Assembly (NCBI GenBank): GCA_003551305.1
Contig: PUMJ01000293.1
Span: forward strand, 304-64,303
Direction: 5' to 3'
Length of the DNA: 64,000 nucleotides
From: Candidatus Brocadiaceae bacterium
GTDB taxonomy: Bacteria; Planctomycetota; Brocadiia; SM23-32
The position numbers were made by a program, and so were the translations under genes. The notes beneath the pieces were generated by a model. That model was not told the origin of the DNA. It saw only the letters and a list, made by a program, of their open reading frames with translations, and did no database searches. How positions within the stretch are numbered: position 1 is the first letter of the stretch; each line of letters begins with the position of its first letter. Below are positions 18,771 to 30,074 of the stretch, piece by piece.

Positions 18771-20195
18771 ATGGCGCGGGAAATCGCCATAGACCCCGTT
18801 ACCCGCATCGAGGGCCACGCCAAGGTGACCATCCACCTGGACGATGACGGCCAGGTGGAGGACGCCCGCTTTCACGTGACCCAGTTCCGCGGGTTCGAAA
18901 AGTTCTGCGAAGGACGCCCCCTGCACGAGATGCCCGCCATCACGGCCCGCATCTGCGGCATATGCCCCGTCAGCCACCTTATCGCCTCCTCCAAGGCGTG
19001 CGACATGCTGCTGGCCGTCGGCATCCCCGAGCCGGCCCGCAAGCTGCGCCGCCTGCTGAACCTGGCGCAGATACTCCAGTCCCACGCCCTCAGCTTCTTC
19101 CACCTCTCCTCCCCCGACCTGCTGCTGGGCATGGACGCCCCGGAGCAGGAACGCAACGTATTCCACCTGTTCAGCTCCCACCCCGACCTGGCCCGCGACG
19201 GCATCCGGCTGCGCAAGTACGGACAGCAGATCGTCGAGTGGCTCGGGGGCAAGCGCATCCACCCCGCCTGGGTGGTGCCAGGCGGTGTGAGCCGGCCCCT
19301 AAGCGAAAAGCTGCGCGACAGGATGCTCGAGGGCCTGCCCGAGGCCCGCGAGGTCACCCTGCGCACCATCCAGGCCTACAAGAACCTGACCGAGGACTTC
19401 CGCGAGGAGATCCGCTCCTTCGGTAACTTCCCCTCCATGTTCATGGGGCTGGTCACGCCGCAGGGCAACCTGGAGACATACGACGGCCGCCTTCGTTTTA
19501 TGGACGCGCAGGGGGACATCGTCGCCGACCAGGTGCCGGGCAGCGACTACCGCGACCACATCGGTGAGGCCGTCGAACCGTGGAGCTACCTGAAGTTCCC
19601 CTACTACAAACCGACAGGCTATCCGGACGGCATCTACCGCGTCGGCCCCCTTGCACGCATGAACATCGTGGACGCCTGCGGCACGCCCCTTGCCGACGAA
19701 GAACTGGCCGAGTTCCGCGAACTGCAGCGCGGGCCGGCCCTCAGTTCGTTCCACTTCCATTACGCCCGGCTCATCGAGATACTGTTCTGTGTCGAGCGCA
19801 TTGAGCAGATCTTGAACGACCCGGACATACTGGGCCAGAGGGTGCGTGCCCAGGCCGGCCCGAACGCCGCCGAGGGCATCGGCGTGGCCGAGGCACCGCG
19901 CGGAACCCTCATCCACCACTACCGCGCCGACGAGAACGGGCTGATACAGCAGGTCAACCTTGTCATCGCCACCTGCCACAACAACCTGGCCATGAACAAG
20001 AGCGTCCGGCAGGTGGCCCGGAGGTTCGTGAGCGGGGATGCCCTGGACGATGGTGCGCTCAACCGCGTCGAGGCCGTCGTCAGGGCCTATGACCCCTGCC
20101 TGAGCTGCTCAACCCATGCCGCCGGCCGCATGCCGCTGCACCTGCAGCTCATCGGCCCGGACGGCGCGCTCCTGGACGAGGCGAAACGCGGCTGA
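18771..20195 (+). CDS. hoxH: NiFe hydrogenase large subunit HoxH
   Basis: N-terminal RIEGH...RICGICPVSH and C-terminal DPCLSCSTHA NiFe-ligand motifs. Confidence 0.92.
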   Translation: MAREIAIDPVTRIEGHAKVTIHLDDDGQVEDARFHVTQFRGFEKFCEGRPLHEMPAITARICGICPVSHLIASSKACDMLLAVGIPEPARKLRRLLNLAQILQSHALSFFHLSSPDLLLGMDAPEQERNVFHLFSSHPDLARDGIRLRKYGQQIVEWLGGKRIHPAWVVPGGVSRPLSEKLRDRMLEGLPEAREVTLRTIQAYKNLTEDFREEIRSFGNFPSMFMGLVTPQGNLETYDGRLRFMDAQGDIVADQVPGSDYRDHIGEAVEPWSYLKFPYYKPTGYPDGIYRVGPLARMNIVDACGTPLADEELAEFRELQRGPALSSFHFHYARLIEILFCVERIEQILNDPDILGQRVRAQAGPNAAEGIGVAEAPRGTLIHHYRADENGLIQQVNLVIATCHNNLAMNKSVRQVARRFVSGDALDDGALNRVEAVVRAYDPCLSCSTHAAGRMPLHLQLIGPDGALLDEAKRG

Positions 20196-20305
20196 AGAGC
20201 GCCGCAGACGGAAAGCACCGTTCACGCAGGGACAGGTCCCGTGGGCGGGCGGCCCGGGGGGAAGCCCGAACCCGGACGGACGGAACGCTTGCGGGGAACC
20301 CCATC

Positions 20306-20758
20306 ATGGCCACGGCGCTCATCATCGGCTACGGCAATCCCCTCAGGGGCGATGACGGCCTCGGCCAACGAGCGGCCGAACTGCTGGAGGAGGAGTTCGC
20401 CGGCGCCGACGTGCAGGTGCGCGCCTGCCAGCAGCTCACCCCCGAGCTGGCCGAGGAGGTCAGCGCGGCGGAGGTGGTCCTGTTCATAGACGCCGCCCAC
20501 GACAGCCCGCCGGGCGAGTTCCGGTGCCGGCGCCTGGAGGCCGACTCCCGCGCTTCCGCAAGCTTCGCGCACGCCCTGGAGCCGGAGGCGCTGCTGGCGG
20601 CGGCGCACGCTCTCTACGGCCGATGCCCGGACGCCGCCCTGCTCTCAGTGGGAGGCGAGCACTTCGGCCACACGGCGAGCCTCTCTTCAACCGTCGAGCA
20701 AGCCCTGCCCGCCTTGCTGGAGATGGCGCGCTTCATCATCACCGGTTACACCGCATAG
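20306..20758 (+). CDS. hoxW: hydrogenase maturation endopeptidase
   Basis: IIGYGNPLRGDDGLG N-terminal motif of HybD/HoxW proteases. Immediately downstream of hoxH. Confidence 0.85.
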   Translation: MATALIIGYGNPLRGDDGLGQRAAELLEEEFAGADVQVRACQQLTPELAEEVSAAEVVLFIDAAHDSPPGEFRCRRLEADSRASASFAHALEPEALLAAAHALYGRCPDAALLSVGGEHFGHTASLSSTVEQALPALLEMARFIITGYTA

Positions 20759-20821
20759 GGCCGGCCGCACCCTGGAGGGGCGCCCACCCTGGGTGAGGGC
20801 GGCAGTGCTTGTTACCTCACG

Positions 20822-22315
20822 TCACGCCAGGTCTTCGCGGCGGGCGTAGCGCCGGCGCCACTGGTGCAGGGCGTCCAGCAATCCCGCCTGCACGTCGGCG
20901 AGGGTCTCGCGGCCGAACAGGTTCTCCTTCTCTAGGGGGTCGGCTTCCAGGTCGTATAGCTCGCCGTCGCCGTCGGAGTCGTACCACGTCAGCTTCCAGC
21001 GGCGGCCGCGCACGCAGAAGACGTAGTCCTCCCACTGGCAGAAGACGTGCTCGCGCCCGTCATCCCCGCCCTCGAGCAGGGGCACCATGCTGCGACCGTG
21101 GAGCCCCTCAGGAGGCGCCAGCCCCAGCAGGTCCATCAGCGTGGGCATCAGGTCCACCCCGTGGGCCAGGGCGTCCACGCGGGTGCCGGGCGGTATGCGC
21201 CGGGGCCAGCGGATGATGGTGGGGATGTGGAGCGTCCCCTCGTAGCAGAACGGCCCTTTGTGGGTCAGGCCGTGCTCGCCGATCATGTGGCCGTGATCGG
21301 AGTTGAGAATGACGATGGTATTGTCGGCCAGGCCGGACTCGTCCAGGTAGTCCAGCAGCCGGCCGATCTGGGCGTCCAGATGGCTGACCAGCCCGAAGTA
21401 GGCCGCGGCGTGTCTCCTGTGGTCCTGAAGCGATATGCGGTCCTGGTGCTGGTAGCGCAGGTACTCGCCGACCGTGGAGGGCTTGGAGCGGATGCTCTCT
21501 TCCTGGCCGGTCCATATCTGCTCGGGCACGTCCTCTGGCCCGTACATGCCGTGGAACGGCTCGGGGGGGATGACGGGCGGATGGGGGTCGTCGTAGGAGA
21601 CGCGCAGGAAGAACGGCCGGGGGTCGTCGTTCCAGCGCAGCCACTCGACGCCCCGGCTGGACAGGATGTAGCTCTTGGTCAGGTTCACGCCCGCCGGATA
21701 CTTGCCGTGCAGTATACGGTTGGCGTTGCTGCAGACCTCGTTGGCGATGAAGGTTACGTTGGGGAAGTTGGCGGGGTCGAAGGGCACGCTGGAGGGCTTG
21801 GTGGCGCCGAAGCGGTCCTCGACGGTTATCTGCTCGGACCAGACCTCCCGGGCGCTGCAGCCGGCGTGGTGCTTGCCCACGTTGGCGGTGCGCCAGCCCG
21901 CCTCGCGCACCAGTTCCGGGAACCGCACCTCGCCTTCACGCATCGGGTGGCGGTTGCTGACGGCACCGTGGGCGAACAGGTGCCGTCCGGTGAGCATGCC
22001 GGCGCGGGACGGCACGCAGACCGGCGCGGCGCAGAAGGTGTTGGTGAAGTGGGCACCTTCGGCGGCCAGTCGGTCTATGTGCGGAGTCCTGACCACCGGG
22101 TGCCCGGCGCAGCCCATGGTGTCGGCGCGGAGCTGGTCCGCCATCAGCCAGAGCACGTTCGGCCGGTCGTCGCCCGGCTCACGCACGGGCCGCTCGCGGC
22201 GTCGGCGGGGCCGCCGTCGGGGCAGGGGCTCCAGTCGGCCCTCCGCCACGAGTTTGCCCCGGAAACTGTCGAAACCGCCGGCCGGCGCCTTCGCCTCCTG
22301 CTGTGGCTCTGCCAT
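20822..22315 (-). CDS. Cys-type sulfatase (arylsulfatase family)
   Basis: NVLWLMADQLR and CAAPVCVPSRAGMLTGR (CxPxR formylglycine motif). AGGAGGA RBS 8 nt upstream of the ATG at 22315. Confidence 0.9.
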   Translation of the reverse strand: MAEPQQEAKAPAGGFDSFRGKLVAEGRLEPLPRRRPRRRRERPVREPGDDRPNVLWLMADQLRADTMGCAGHPVVRTPHIDRLAAEGAHFTNTFCAAPVCVPSRAGMLTGRHLFAHGAVSNRHPMREGEVRFPELVREAGWRTANVGKHHAGCSAREVWSEQITVEDRFGATKPSSVPFDPANFPNVTFIANEVCSNANRILHGKYPAGVNLTKSYILSSRGVEWLRWNDDPRPFFLRVSYDDPHPPVIPPEPFHGMYGPEDVPEQIWTGQEESIRSKPSTVGEYLRYQHQDRISLQDHRRHAAAYFGLVSHLDAQIGRLLDYLDESGLADNTIVILNSDHGHMIGEHGLTHKGPFCYEGTLHIPTIIRWPRRIPPGTRVDALAHGVDLMPTLMDLLGLAPPEGLHGRSMVPLLEGGDDGREHVFCQWEDYVFCVRGRRWKLTWYDSDGDGELYDLEADPLEKENLFGRETLADVQAGLLDALHQWRRRYARREDLA

Positions 22316-22513
22316 CGGGTATCTCCTCCTGGAAAGCGAAGCCGGATGATATCAGCCCGCGGGCCTCGCGTCGAACCCGCGCAGCCGGCGGAACGCCGCG
22401 TCCGAACCATCCGTCTCTTGCCGCCGTTTTCGCCGCTGGCCGTCTCGGTGGCGCCCGTTGTGGTGAGTCCGCCGGGCGGTGGCGCCCCGCCGGCGGCCGG
22501 TTCGGCCGCTCGT

Positions 22514-22542
22514 TTGCGAAAAGAGTCCTTTTGTGGCATATT
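22514..22542 (+). promoter_or_regulatory. sigma-70-like promoter candidate
   Basis: TTGCGA, 17 nt, CATATT, about 75 nt upstream of the small ORF at 22616. Confidence 0.3.
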
Positions 22543-22615
22543 TGTGGTGTCGGCAGTGTCCCGTGCGGGGCCGGCGCATCGCAACCGTGACGAGCAACAG
22601 AACAGGAGCGTCGCT

Positions 22616-22720
22616 ATGCCAGAGAAGCCTCCGGAACTCTACCTGGCGCTGGGCGTCGCCGGCCTCACGGCCCTGGTGACGCTGATTATCATCATCGTCC
22701 TGATCACTGGCATCGGCTGA
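22616..22720 (+). CDS. 34-aa single-TM small protein candidate
   Basis: ATG preceded by AGGAG at 7-8 nt. Peptide MPEKPPELYLALGVAGLTALVTLIIIIVLITGIG is one hydrophobic helix. It is buried in a long spurious ORF in the track. Confidence 0.4.
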   Translation: MPEKPPELYLALGVAGLTALVTLIIIIVLITGIG

Positions 22721-22826
22721 ACCGGCCGCCGGGCAGAGCGTGGTCCGGATAGAGCGTCCCCCTACGGGGCGTTGCGCCCCGGGCCATCCGCACCACGGCC
22801 GGAGGCGCAACGGCAGGGAGAAAACC

Positions 22827-23636
22827 ATGGCGAAGGCTGGACTATGCACCATAGCTTGCAGGGACTCGAGCCTGACAGAGGCCATTGACACGGCGGCGCA
22901 GGTCGGCGCCGGCGCCGTCGAGATATGGGGGCAGCCCCCCCACGTGAGCTACCCGCCCGAGGAGGGGGAGGTGGCGCGCGCGGTGGAGCACGCCCGCCAG
23001 AGGGGCGTAGCCACTCCCGTGTTCGGCTCCTATTACCGCGTCGGCCGCGACGTGGAATACGACGGCGTGCCCGTCACGAAGGAAAACCAGATCGAGCTGA
23101 GCCGCATGTTCGGCGCGGACATCATCCGCATCTGGGCGGGCACAAAAAACTACGAAGAATGCACGGCCGAGGAAATCGAGGCCGTCATCGCCGATGTGCG
23201 CGAGTTCGGCGACATGGCGGCCGGGGCCGGCATCGAGGTCGTGCTGGAGCGGCACGCCAACACCATACTGAACCGCTGGGACAACGTGGCCGAGATGATG
23301 GAGCGCATCGCACACGGGAACGTCGCCCTCAACTGGCAGATCCCCTGCCCGGCCGGCAACGCCGACTACCGGGCGCACAGCGTGGACGACTACATGACGC
23401 TGCTGCCCTACGCCGGACATTGCCACATGCAGAACCATACCCACGAGGAGAGCGAGACGTGGCGCGGGCGCACGCTGCTGGACGAGGGCATTGCCGACTA
23501 CTCGCGTTTCGGTGAAGCGCTGCGCAAGGCCGGCTACGAAGGGTGGCTGATGGTCGAGTTCGCCGCCGACGAACGCGGCGGCCTGAGCAAGCTCGAGGCG
23601 CTGCGCCACGACATCGAGTTCCTCAAGTCGCTCTGA
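22827..23636 (+). CDS. sugar phosphate isomerase/epimerase (xylose-isomerase-like TIM barrel)
   Basis: ATG at 22827 with GGGAG upstream. ...GAGAVEIWG..., VVLERHANT and WLMVEF pattern of AP endonuclease 2/TIM-barrel family proteins. Confidence 0.8.
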   Translation: MAKAGLCTIACRDSSLTEAIDTAAQVGAGAVEIWGQPPHVSYPPEEGEVARAVEHARQRGVATPVFGSYYRVGRDVEYDGVPVTKENQIELSRMFGADIIRIWAGTKNYEECTAEEIEAVIADVREFGDMAAGAGIEVVLERHANTILNRWDNVAEMMERIAHGNVALNWQIPCPAGNADYRAHSVDDYMTLLPYAGHCHMQNHTHEESETWRGRTLLDEGIADYSRFGEALRKAGYEGWLMVEFAADERGGLSKLEALRHDIEFLKSL

Positions 23637-23940
23637 ACCGACACGGACGCCCGCCGACCGCGACGCCTGCTGCAGATATGCCCGCCCCTTTTGTGGCAGC
23701 GGGGGGGTGTCAAAGTGGCAGGCGTTTCTCGCGGCCCGGCGCTGGTGCTTGTCAATATGACAGATGCGCCGGTGCCGGCCCGGAGCGGCGCGCGGGCGGT
23801 CATGGGGCCGTGCCTGCCCTCCTGGGGGCCGCCGGCGCCGGTGGGGCCATGATGGCACAGGGTTTGCGACATCTCCGTGGATATCCCGTGCATCGGGATT
23901 ACCGGCATTCCCGGAAGACTCAAGAGGGAGGCATTGTCCT

Positions 23941-24231
23941 ATGGCTACCATCAGGCCGCTGGCTGACAGGGTTCTCGTGAAGCGATTGGAGGCCGAAGAG
24001 ACGACCTCGGGGGGCATCGTGCTGCCCGACACGGCCAAGGAGAAGCCCAAGCAGGGCAAGATCATCGCCCTGGGCGAGGGCCGGCAACTGGACTCCGGCG
24101 AGCGCGCCGATTTCCAGGTCGCCGAAGGCGACACCGTGCTGTTCGGTTCCTTCGCGGGGACCGAGGTCACGGTTGACGGGGAAGAGTATCTGCTGATGTC
24201 CGAAGACGACATCCTGGCCACCATCGAGTGA
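23941..24231 (+). CDS. groES: co-chaperonin GroES
   Basis: [42 protein letters not shown]. Confidence 0.95.
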   Translation: MATIRPLADRVLVKRLEAEETTSGGIVLPDTAKEKPKQGKIIALGEGRQLDSGERADFQVAEGDTVLFGSFAGTEVTVDGEEYLLMSEDDILATIE

Positions 24232-24242
24232 GGAGGACTCCC

Positions 24243-25862
<1,620 letters not shown>

Positions 25863-25890
25863 GCCGGCTGAATACCCGGCCGAACCTCAA

Positions 25891-25926
25891 AGCCCCGCCC
25901 TCGCAGGAGGGCGGGGCTTTCTCTTT
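25891..25926 (+). terminator. intrinsic terminator after groEL
   Basis: AGCCCCGCCCTC-gcag-GAGGGCGGGGCT (12-bp perfect stem) followed by TTCTCTTT. Confidence 0.7.
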
Positions 25927-26004
25927 GGCTTCCGCCGCACGCACGGCGCACCTGCCTGGCCGCAGCGTGCCGCGCTGCGCAGGACTCTCAGGCGCGCTGT
26001 GTCC

Positions 26005-27174
26005 TCAGTGCAGGAACCAGCGCACGCCGCTGTGCGCCATGACCATACCGTACCGGTCGGCGGCCTCGGTGACGAGGTCGTCACGGTAGGAGCCGCCCGG
26101 CTGGAGCACATACTGCACGTTCGTGCGGCTGGCGCGGTCCAGGCTGTCCCGGAACGGAAAGAACGCGTCCGAGCTGCAACAGATACCGTCGAAGCTCCCC
26201 ATCCACTCGGCCCGCTCCTTGCGCGTCAGCGGTTCGGGACGCTCCTCCAGGCCCTCGAGCATCTGCTCCTTCTCCGCTTCGGCCAGCTCGTCCCAGAGCA
26301 AGAACTGGTCCACGATATTGGTGCGCTCGGGCCGACCCAGGCCGCTCTTGAACCGCAGGCCGAGGGTGCGGGGATGCATCTGCAGGAGCCACTTGTCCGC
26401 CTTGCGGCAGGCCAGGCGCGTGCAGTGGACGCGCGACTGCTGCCCGGCGCCCATCCCGATGACCTGGCCGTCGTAGGCGACGCACACCGAGTTCGACTGG
26501 GTGTACTTCAGCGCGATGGTCGCCACCAGCAGCGTCTCGGCGATGTCGTCCGGGATGCCCGTCCGCTCGGTCACGACGTTGTCCAGCAGCTCGCGGGTCA
26601 CGCGCGCGGTGTTGCGGCTCTCCTCCAGCCGGAAGCCGAAGGTGTCGCGATACTCGGTTTCCGGGGGCTCGTAGTCCGGGTCTATGCGGAAGACGCAGAA
26701 GCCGCCGTCCTTCTTGCGTTTCAGTATCTCGAGCGCCTCCGGCTCGTAGTCCGGCGCGATGATGCCGTCGGAGACCTCCCGCTCGAGCACGCGCGCCAGG
26801 GAGACGTCCACCGTGTCGCTGACGGCGGCCATGTCGCCGAAGGAGCTGAGCCGGTCCGCCCCGCGCGCCCGCACGTAAGCGCGGGCCACCGGCGAGAGCT
26901 TTTCGTCGGGCAGCATCTGGGAGCGGCGGAACTCCTCGCTGAGCGGTCGGGCGATGGCCGCTCCCGCGGGGCTGACGTGCTTGAATGACGCCGCCCCCGC
27001 CCGCCCCGTGGCGTCCTTCAGTTCCCGGGCCAGCGGCCAGGCCGCCATCGCGTCCAGGATGTTAATGTAGCCGGGGGTTCCGTTGACCACTTCCAGCGGC
27101 GCGGGCTCGGCTTCAATGACCAGCTGCGCGAATCGCTGGTGCGGGTTCAGACCGTACTTCAGTTTGATCTCCAT
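26005..27174 (-). CDS. purH: AICAR transformylase (PurH C-terminal-domain-only form)
   Basis: ATG at 27174 (MEIKLKYGLNPHQ; GAGAGGA RBS). ASFKHVSPAGAA and CVAYDGQVIGMGAGQQSRV. No N-terminal MGS/IMP-cyclohydrolase domain. Confidence 0.85.
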   Translation of the reverse strand: MEIKLKYGLNPHQRFAQLVIEAEPAPLEVVNGTPGYINILDAMAAWPLARELKDATGRAGAASFKHVSPAGAAIARPLSEEFRRSQMLPDEKLSPVARAYVRARGADRLSSFGDMAAVSDTVDVSLARVLEREVSDGIIAPDYEPEALEILKRKKDGGFCVFRIDPDYEPPETEYRDTFGFRLEESRNTARVTRELLDNVVTERTGIPDDIAETLLVATIALKYTQSNSVCVAYDGQVIGMGAGQQSRVHCTRLACRKADKWLLQMHPRTLGLRFKSGLGRPERTNIVDQFLLWDELAEAEKEQMLEGLEERPEPLTRKERAEWMGSFDGICCSSDAFFPFRDSLDRASRTNVQYVLQPGGSYRDDLVTEAADRYGMVMAHSGVRWFLH

Positions 27175-27214
27175 TCGGTTTCCTCTCGAGTCCTCATCCG
27201 GGTGCGAACGAGCT

Positions 27215-29314
27215 TCATCTTTCGGCTTCGGCATCTTCCAGCAAGTAGAGGTCGGCGAAGCGCTCGGCGAAAAGCCGATATATCCAGGCGCAGAGGGACT
27301 TACGGTTGCGGCGCACGGCCTCGTCCTCGACATTGACGAAGACCTCTTCGAAGAAGTCGTGCACCGGCCGGGCGAAGGTTGAGCAGTAGCGGTCAGCGGC
27401 GGCCACGTAGTCGCCGTCGGCGAACAAGCCGGCTATCTGCGGCCGGTGCTCGCGCAGGGCGGCCGCCAGTTGCTTCTCCAGCGGCTCCTCCAGCAGGTCC
27501 TCCTCGACGGGCGCGACGCGGTCGACGTCGCGCTGGATGCGGTAGGTGCGGTCCACCAGTTCGACGAGGTCGGGCCACCAGTTCCTCCGGGCGCACTTCT
27601 GCAGGGCCTCCAGGCGCCTCCAGAAGTCCAGCACGTCGTCGAACCCCGCCGTCAGCACGGCGCGCACGTGGTCATGGCGGAAGCCCCGCTCCAGGGCCGC
27701 ATGGTAAAGCCGGTCGCGGAAGAATTCCCGTATCTGGCCCGCCGTCTCTTCGTCGCAGTTTATCTCGTGTCCGGCGGCCACAACCCGGGCCATCTCGACC
27801 AGTTCGCCGAGGTGCAGCTGAAGCCCCTTCTGCTCGATGATCAGCAGTATGCCCAGCGCGTTTCGGCGCAGGGCGTAGGGGTCCTGCGAGCCCTTCGGCA
27901 GCAGACCTAGGGCAAAGCAGCCGACGATGACGTCCAGCTTGTCGGCCAGCGCCAGCGCGCAGCCCTCGGGCGATTCCGGCAGGCCATCGTCGGCGCCGGC
28001 CGGCAGGTAATGCTCGGCGATGGCCCGCGCCACGGGCTCGGGCTCGCCCTGCCGGAGCGCCAGCTCGCGCCCCACGACGCCCTGCAGGCTCGGAAACTCG
28101 CCCACCAGCCCCGTCAGCAGATCGGCCTTGCACAGGTGAGCGGCGCGCCGGACATGCCCTACCGACGCCTCTCCGCCCCCCCGCCCCATCGCACGCGCGA
28201 TGCGAACGGACAGTCCTTCCAGCCGCTCGGTGCGCTGCAGGTTGTCGCCCAGCCCCGCCAGGAAGACAACGTCGCGCAGGCGCTCCACCAGGTCCTCCAG
28301 CTTCCGCCCACGGTCGTGCTCCCAGTAGAACCTGGCGTCCTCCAGGCGGGCCAGCAGCACGCGCTCGTTACCCTCGCGCACAAGCTCCCCCTCGCGGGCC
28401 GTCCGGTTCGTCACCGTCACGAAACGGGCCAGCAGTCGGCCCTCACCGTCCCGCACGGGGAAGTAACGCTGATGCTCCTTCATGGCGGCCGTCAGGACGG
28501 GGTCGGGCACGTTCAGAAAGCTCTCGTCGAAGCGGCCCTCGACGGTATGGGGCCACTCGACCAGGTTGGTGACCTCCGCCAGCAGGGCCTCGTCCTCCAG
28601 GCGCGAGCCGTGCGGGCGCATCAGGGCGTCTATCTGGCGTCGGATGGTCTCACGGCGTTCTTCGAAGTCCACCCTCACGTGATGCTCTCGCAGGCGGTCC
28701 ACGTAGTCGGCGAAGTCGGCACGCTCAAGCTCGATATCCTCCGGCGTGAGGAAGGGGTGCCCCTGCGTCAGGCGGCCGGCCTCCACACCGCCTAAGGACA
28801 GCGGCAGGACGGCCCCCTCCAGCAGTGCCACAATCCGGCGGATGGGGCGCGCGAAGCTGAAGCCGCTCGGCTCCCACCGCATGGACTTGGGGAAGGTGAC
28901 GGCGGCGGTGGCCTCCCGCAGCAGGTCGGGCAGCAGTTCGGCGGCGGCCCGGCCGGGCTCCTCCCGCACCACCACGACGTAAGGGCCTTTCTCGGTCTCC
29001 TCGACCCGCAGTTCCTCCAACCCCACCCCCTGGGAGCGCGCGAAGCCCCGGGCGGCGGGCGTGGGCTCGCCATCGGAATAGGCCACGTGGGCCGGCGGCC
29101 CGACGGTGCGCACGGTGCGCGCCGGCTGGCGCTCGGGCAGCCCTTCGGCGAACAGCGTCATGCGCCTCGGCGTGCCGGCGGTCCGCAGGCCGGCCGGCTC
29201 CAGGTGCAGCGCCCTCAGCCGGGAGCGCACCTCCTCCGCAAGCTGCTGCAGGGCGGGCAGCAGGTAGCCCGCCGGCACTTCCTCGGTCCCTATCTCGTAG
29301 AGCAGATCGGGCAT
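27215..29314 (-). CDS. glyS: glycine--tRNA ligase beta subunit
   Basis: N-terminus MPDLLYEIGTEEVPAGYL and a length of about 700 aa, typical of GlyS. Confidence 0.92.
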   Translation of the reverse strand: MPDLLYEIGTEEVPAGYLLPALQQLAEEVRSRLRALHLEPAGLRTAGTPRRMTLFAEGLPERQPARTVRTVGPPAHVAYSDGEPTPAARGFARSQGVGLEELRVEETEKGPYVVVVREEPGRAAAELLPDLLREATAAVTFPKSMRWEPSGFSFARPIRRIVALLEGAVLPLSLGGVEAGRLTQGHPFLTPEDIELERADFADYVDRLREHHVRVDFEERRETIRRQIDALMRPHGSRLEDEALLAEVTNLVEWPHTVEGRFDESFLNVPDPVLTAAMKEHQRYFPVRDGEGRLLARFVTVTNRTAREGELVREGNERVLLARLEDARFYWEHDRGRKLEDLVERLRDVVFLAGLGDNLQRTERLEGLSVRIARAMGRGGGEASVGHVRRAAHLCKADLLTGLVGEFPSLQGVVGRELALRQGEPEPVARAIAEHYLPAGADDGLPESPEGCALALADKLDVIVGCFALGLLPKGSQDPYALRRNALGILLIIEQKGLQLHLGELVEMARVVAAGHEINCDEETAGQIREFFRDRLYHAALERGFRHDHVRAVLTAGFDDVLDFWRRLEALQKCARRNWWPDLVELVDRTYRIQRDVDRVAPVEEDLLEEPLEKQLAAALREHRPQIAGLFADGDYVAAADRYCSTFARPVHDFFEEVFVNVEDEAVRRNRKSLCAWIYRLFAERFADLYLLEDAEAER

Positions 29315-29361
29315 GGTCCCGTCCGTGGTAAGGTCAGATTATCGGTGCGGCCGGCGCGCCC

Positions 29362-29835
29362 CTACATGGGCATGCCGATGACAGTGCCCTCGAAGACCAT
29401 CCTGCCGTCAACAAAGGCCTGGCAGTCGAAGGTCGCCCGGCGGGGCCGCAACTCGCGAACTCTGGCAACGATGAGCAGCCGACAGTTCGGCTCGACGGCA
29501 CGGCGGAATTTCACGTCCTCCAGCCCGCCGAACCCGAGGAACTTGTCCGTCTCGACGACCTCGTTGTAGTAGAAACTGCAGAGCTGCGCGGCGGCCTCGC
29601 ACATGAGCACGCCCGGCAGCAGCGGCCGCTCGGGGATGTGTCCCCGCACCCAGAACTCGTCGTCAGTCACGTCCTTGTAGCCCGCGACCACGCCTTCGTC
29701 GGTGTCCAGGTAGACGACGGCGTCCAGGTGCTCCATCTCGAACCGCTGGGGGTTGTGGGCGCGTATCTCCTCCGGGCCGGCCAGCAGGCTGCCGGTGTCA
29801 ATGGCATCAAGGTCAACAAGCGGTTTCGGCGGCAT
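29362..29835 (-). CDS. fabZ: 3-hydroxyacyl-ACP dehydratase (FabZ/FabA-like hotdog fold)
   Basis: FWVRGHIPERPLLPGVLMCEAAAQL active-site region. Confidence 0.8.
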   Translation of the reverse strand: MPPKPLVDLDAIDTGSLLAGPEEIRAHNPQRFEMEHLDAVVYLDTDEGVVAGYKDVTDDEFWVRGHIPERPLLPGVLMCEAAAQLCSFYYNEVVETDKFLGFGGLEDVKFRRAVEPNCRLLIVARVRELRPRRATFDCQAFVDGRMVFEGTVIGMPM

Positions 29836-30074
29836 CGGGGGCTCCCCCTATGGTCGGAATGCGGTGCTGCGAGGGCAAGGAGAGATTTTAGTCCGCCCGG
29901 CCCCGGTATGCAAGCAAGTGCCTCCGTGAGCTCTACGGCGAACTGTGAAAGCCCCCGCAGGCTGTGTATGGCAAAGCTGGCCCCGGCTGCGAAAGCCCCC
30001 CGAGGTCGCCCCGCGCTGCAACAGGGTTTCCGGGGCTCCGACGGGCCCCGTTGCGGAGCGCCGTTGCCGGTCCT

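Noticed and set aside
18771-20195. Selenocysteine-containing NiFeSe-type large subunit.
   Set aside because: The C-terminal motif is DPCLSCSTHA with ordinary Cys codons and no in-frame TGA.
23637-23940. CIRCE/HrcA operator or sigma-32 promoter upstream of groES. Also the small palindrome TGTCA-ATA-TGACA at about 23750-23762.
   Set aside because: There is no TTAGCACTC-N9-GAGTGCTAA-like inverted repeat and no CTTGAAA/CCCCAT pair at proper spacing. The 5-bp palindrome is too short to interpret.
27215-29314. glyS without an adjacent glyQ as an anomaly.
   Set aside because: Unlinked glyQ and glyS occur in many genomes, and the window cannot show absence genome-wide.
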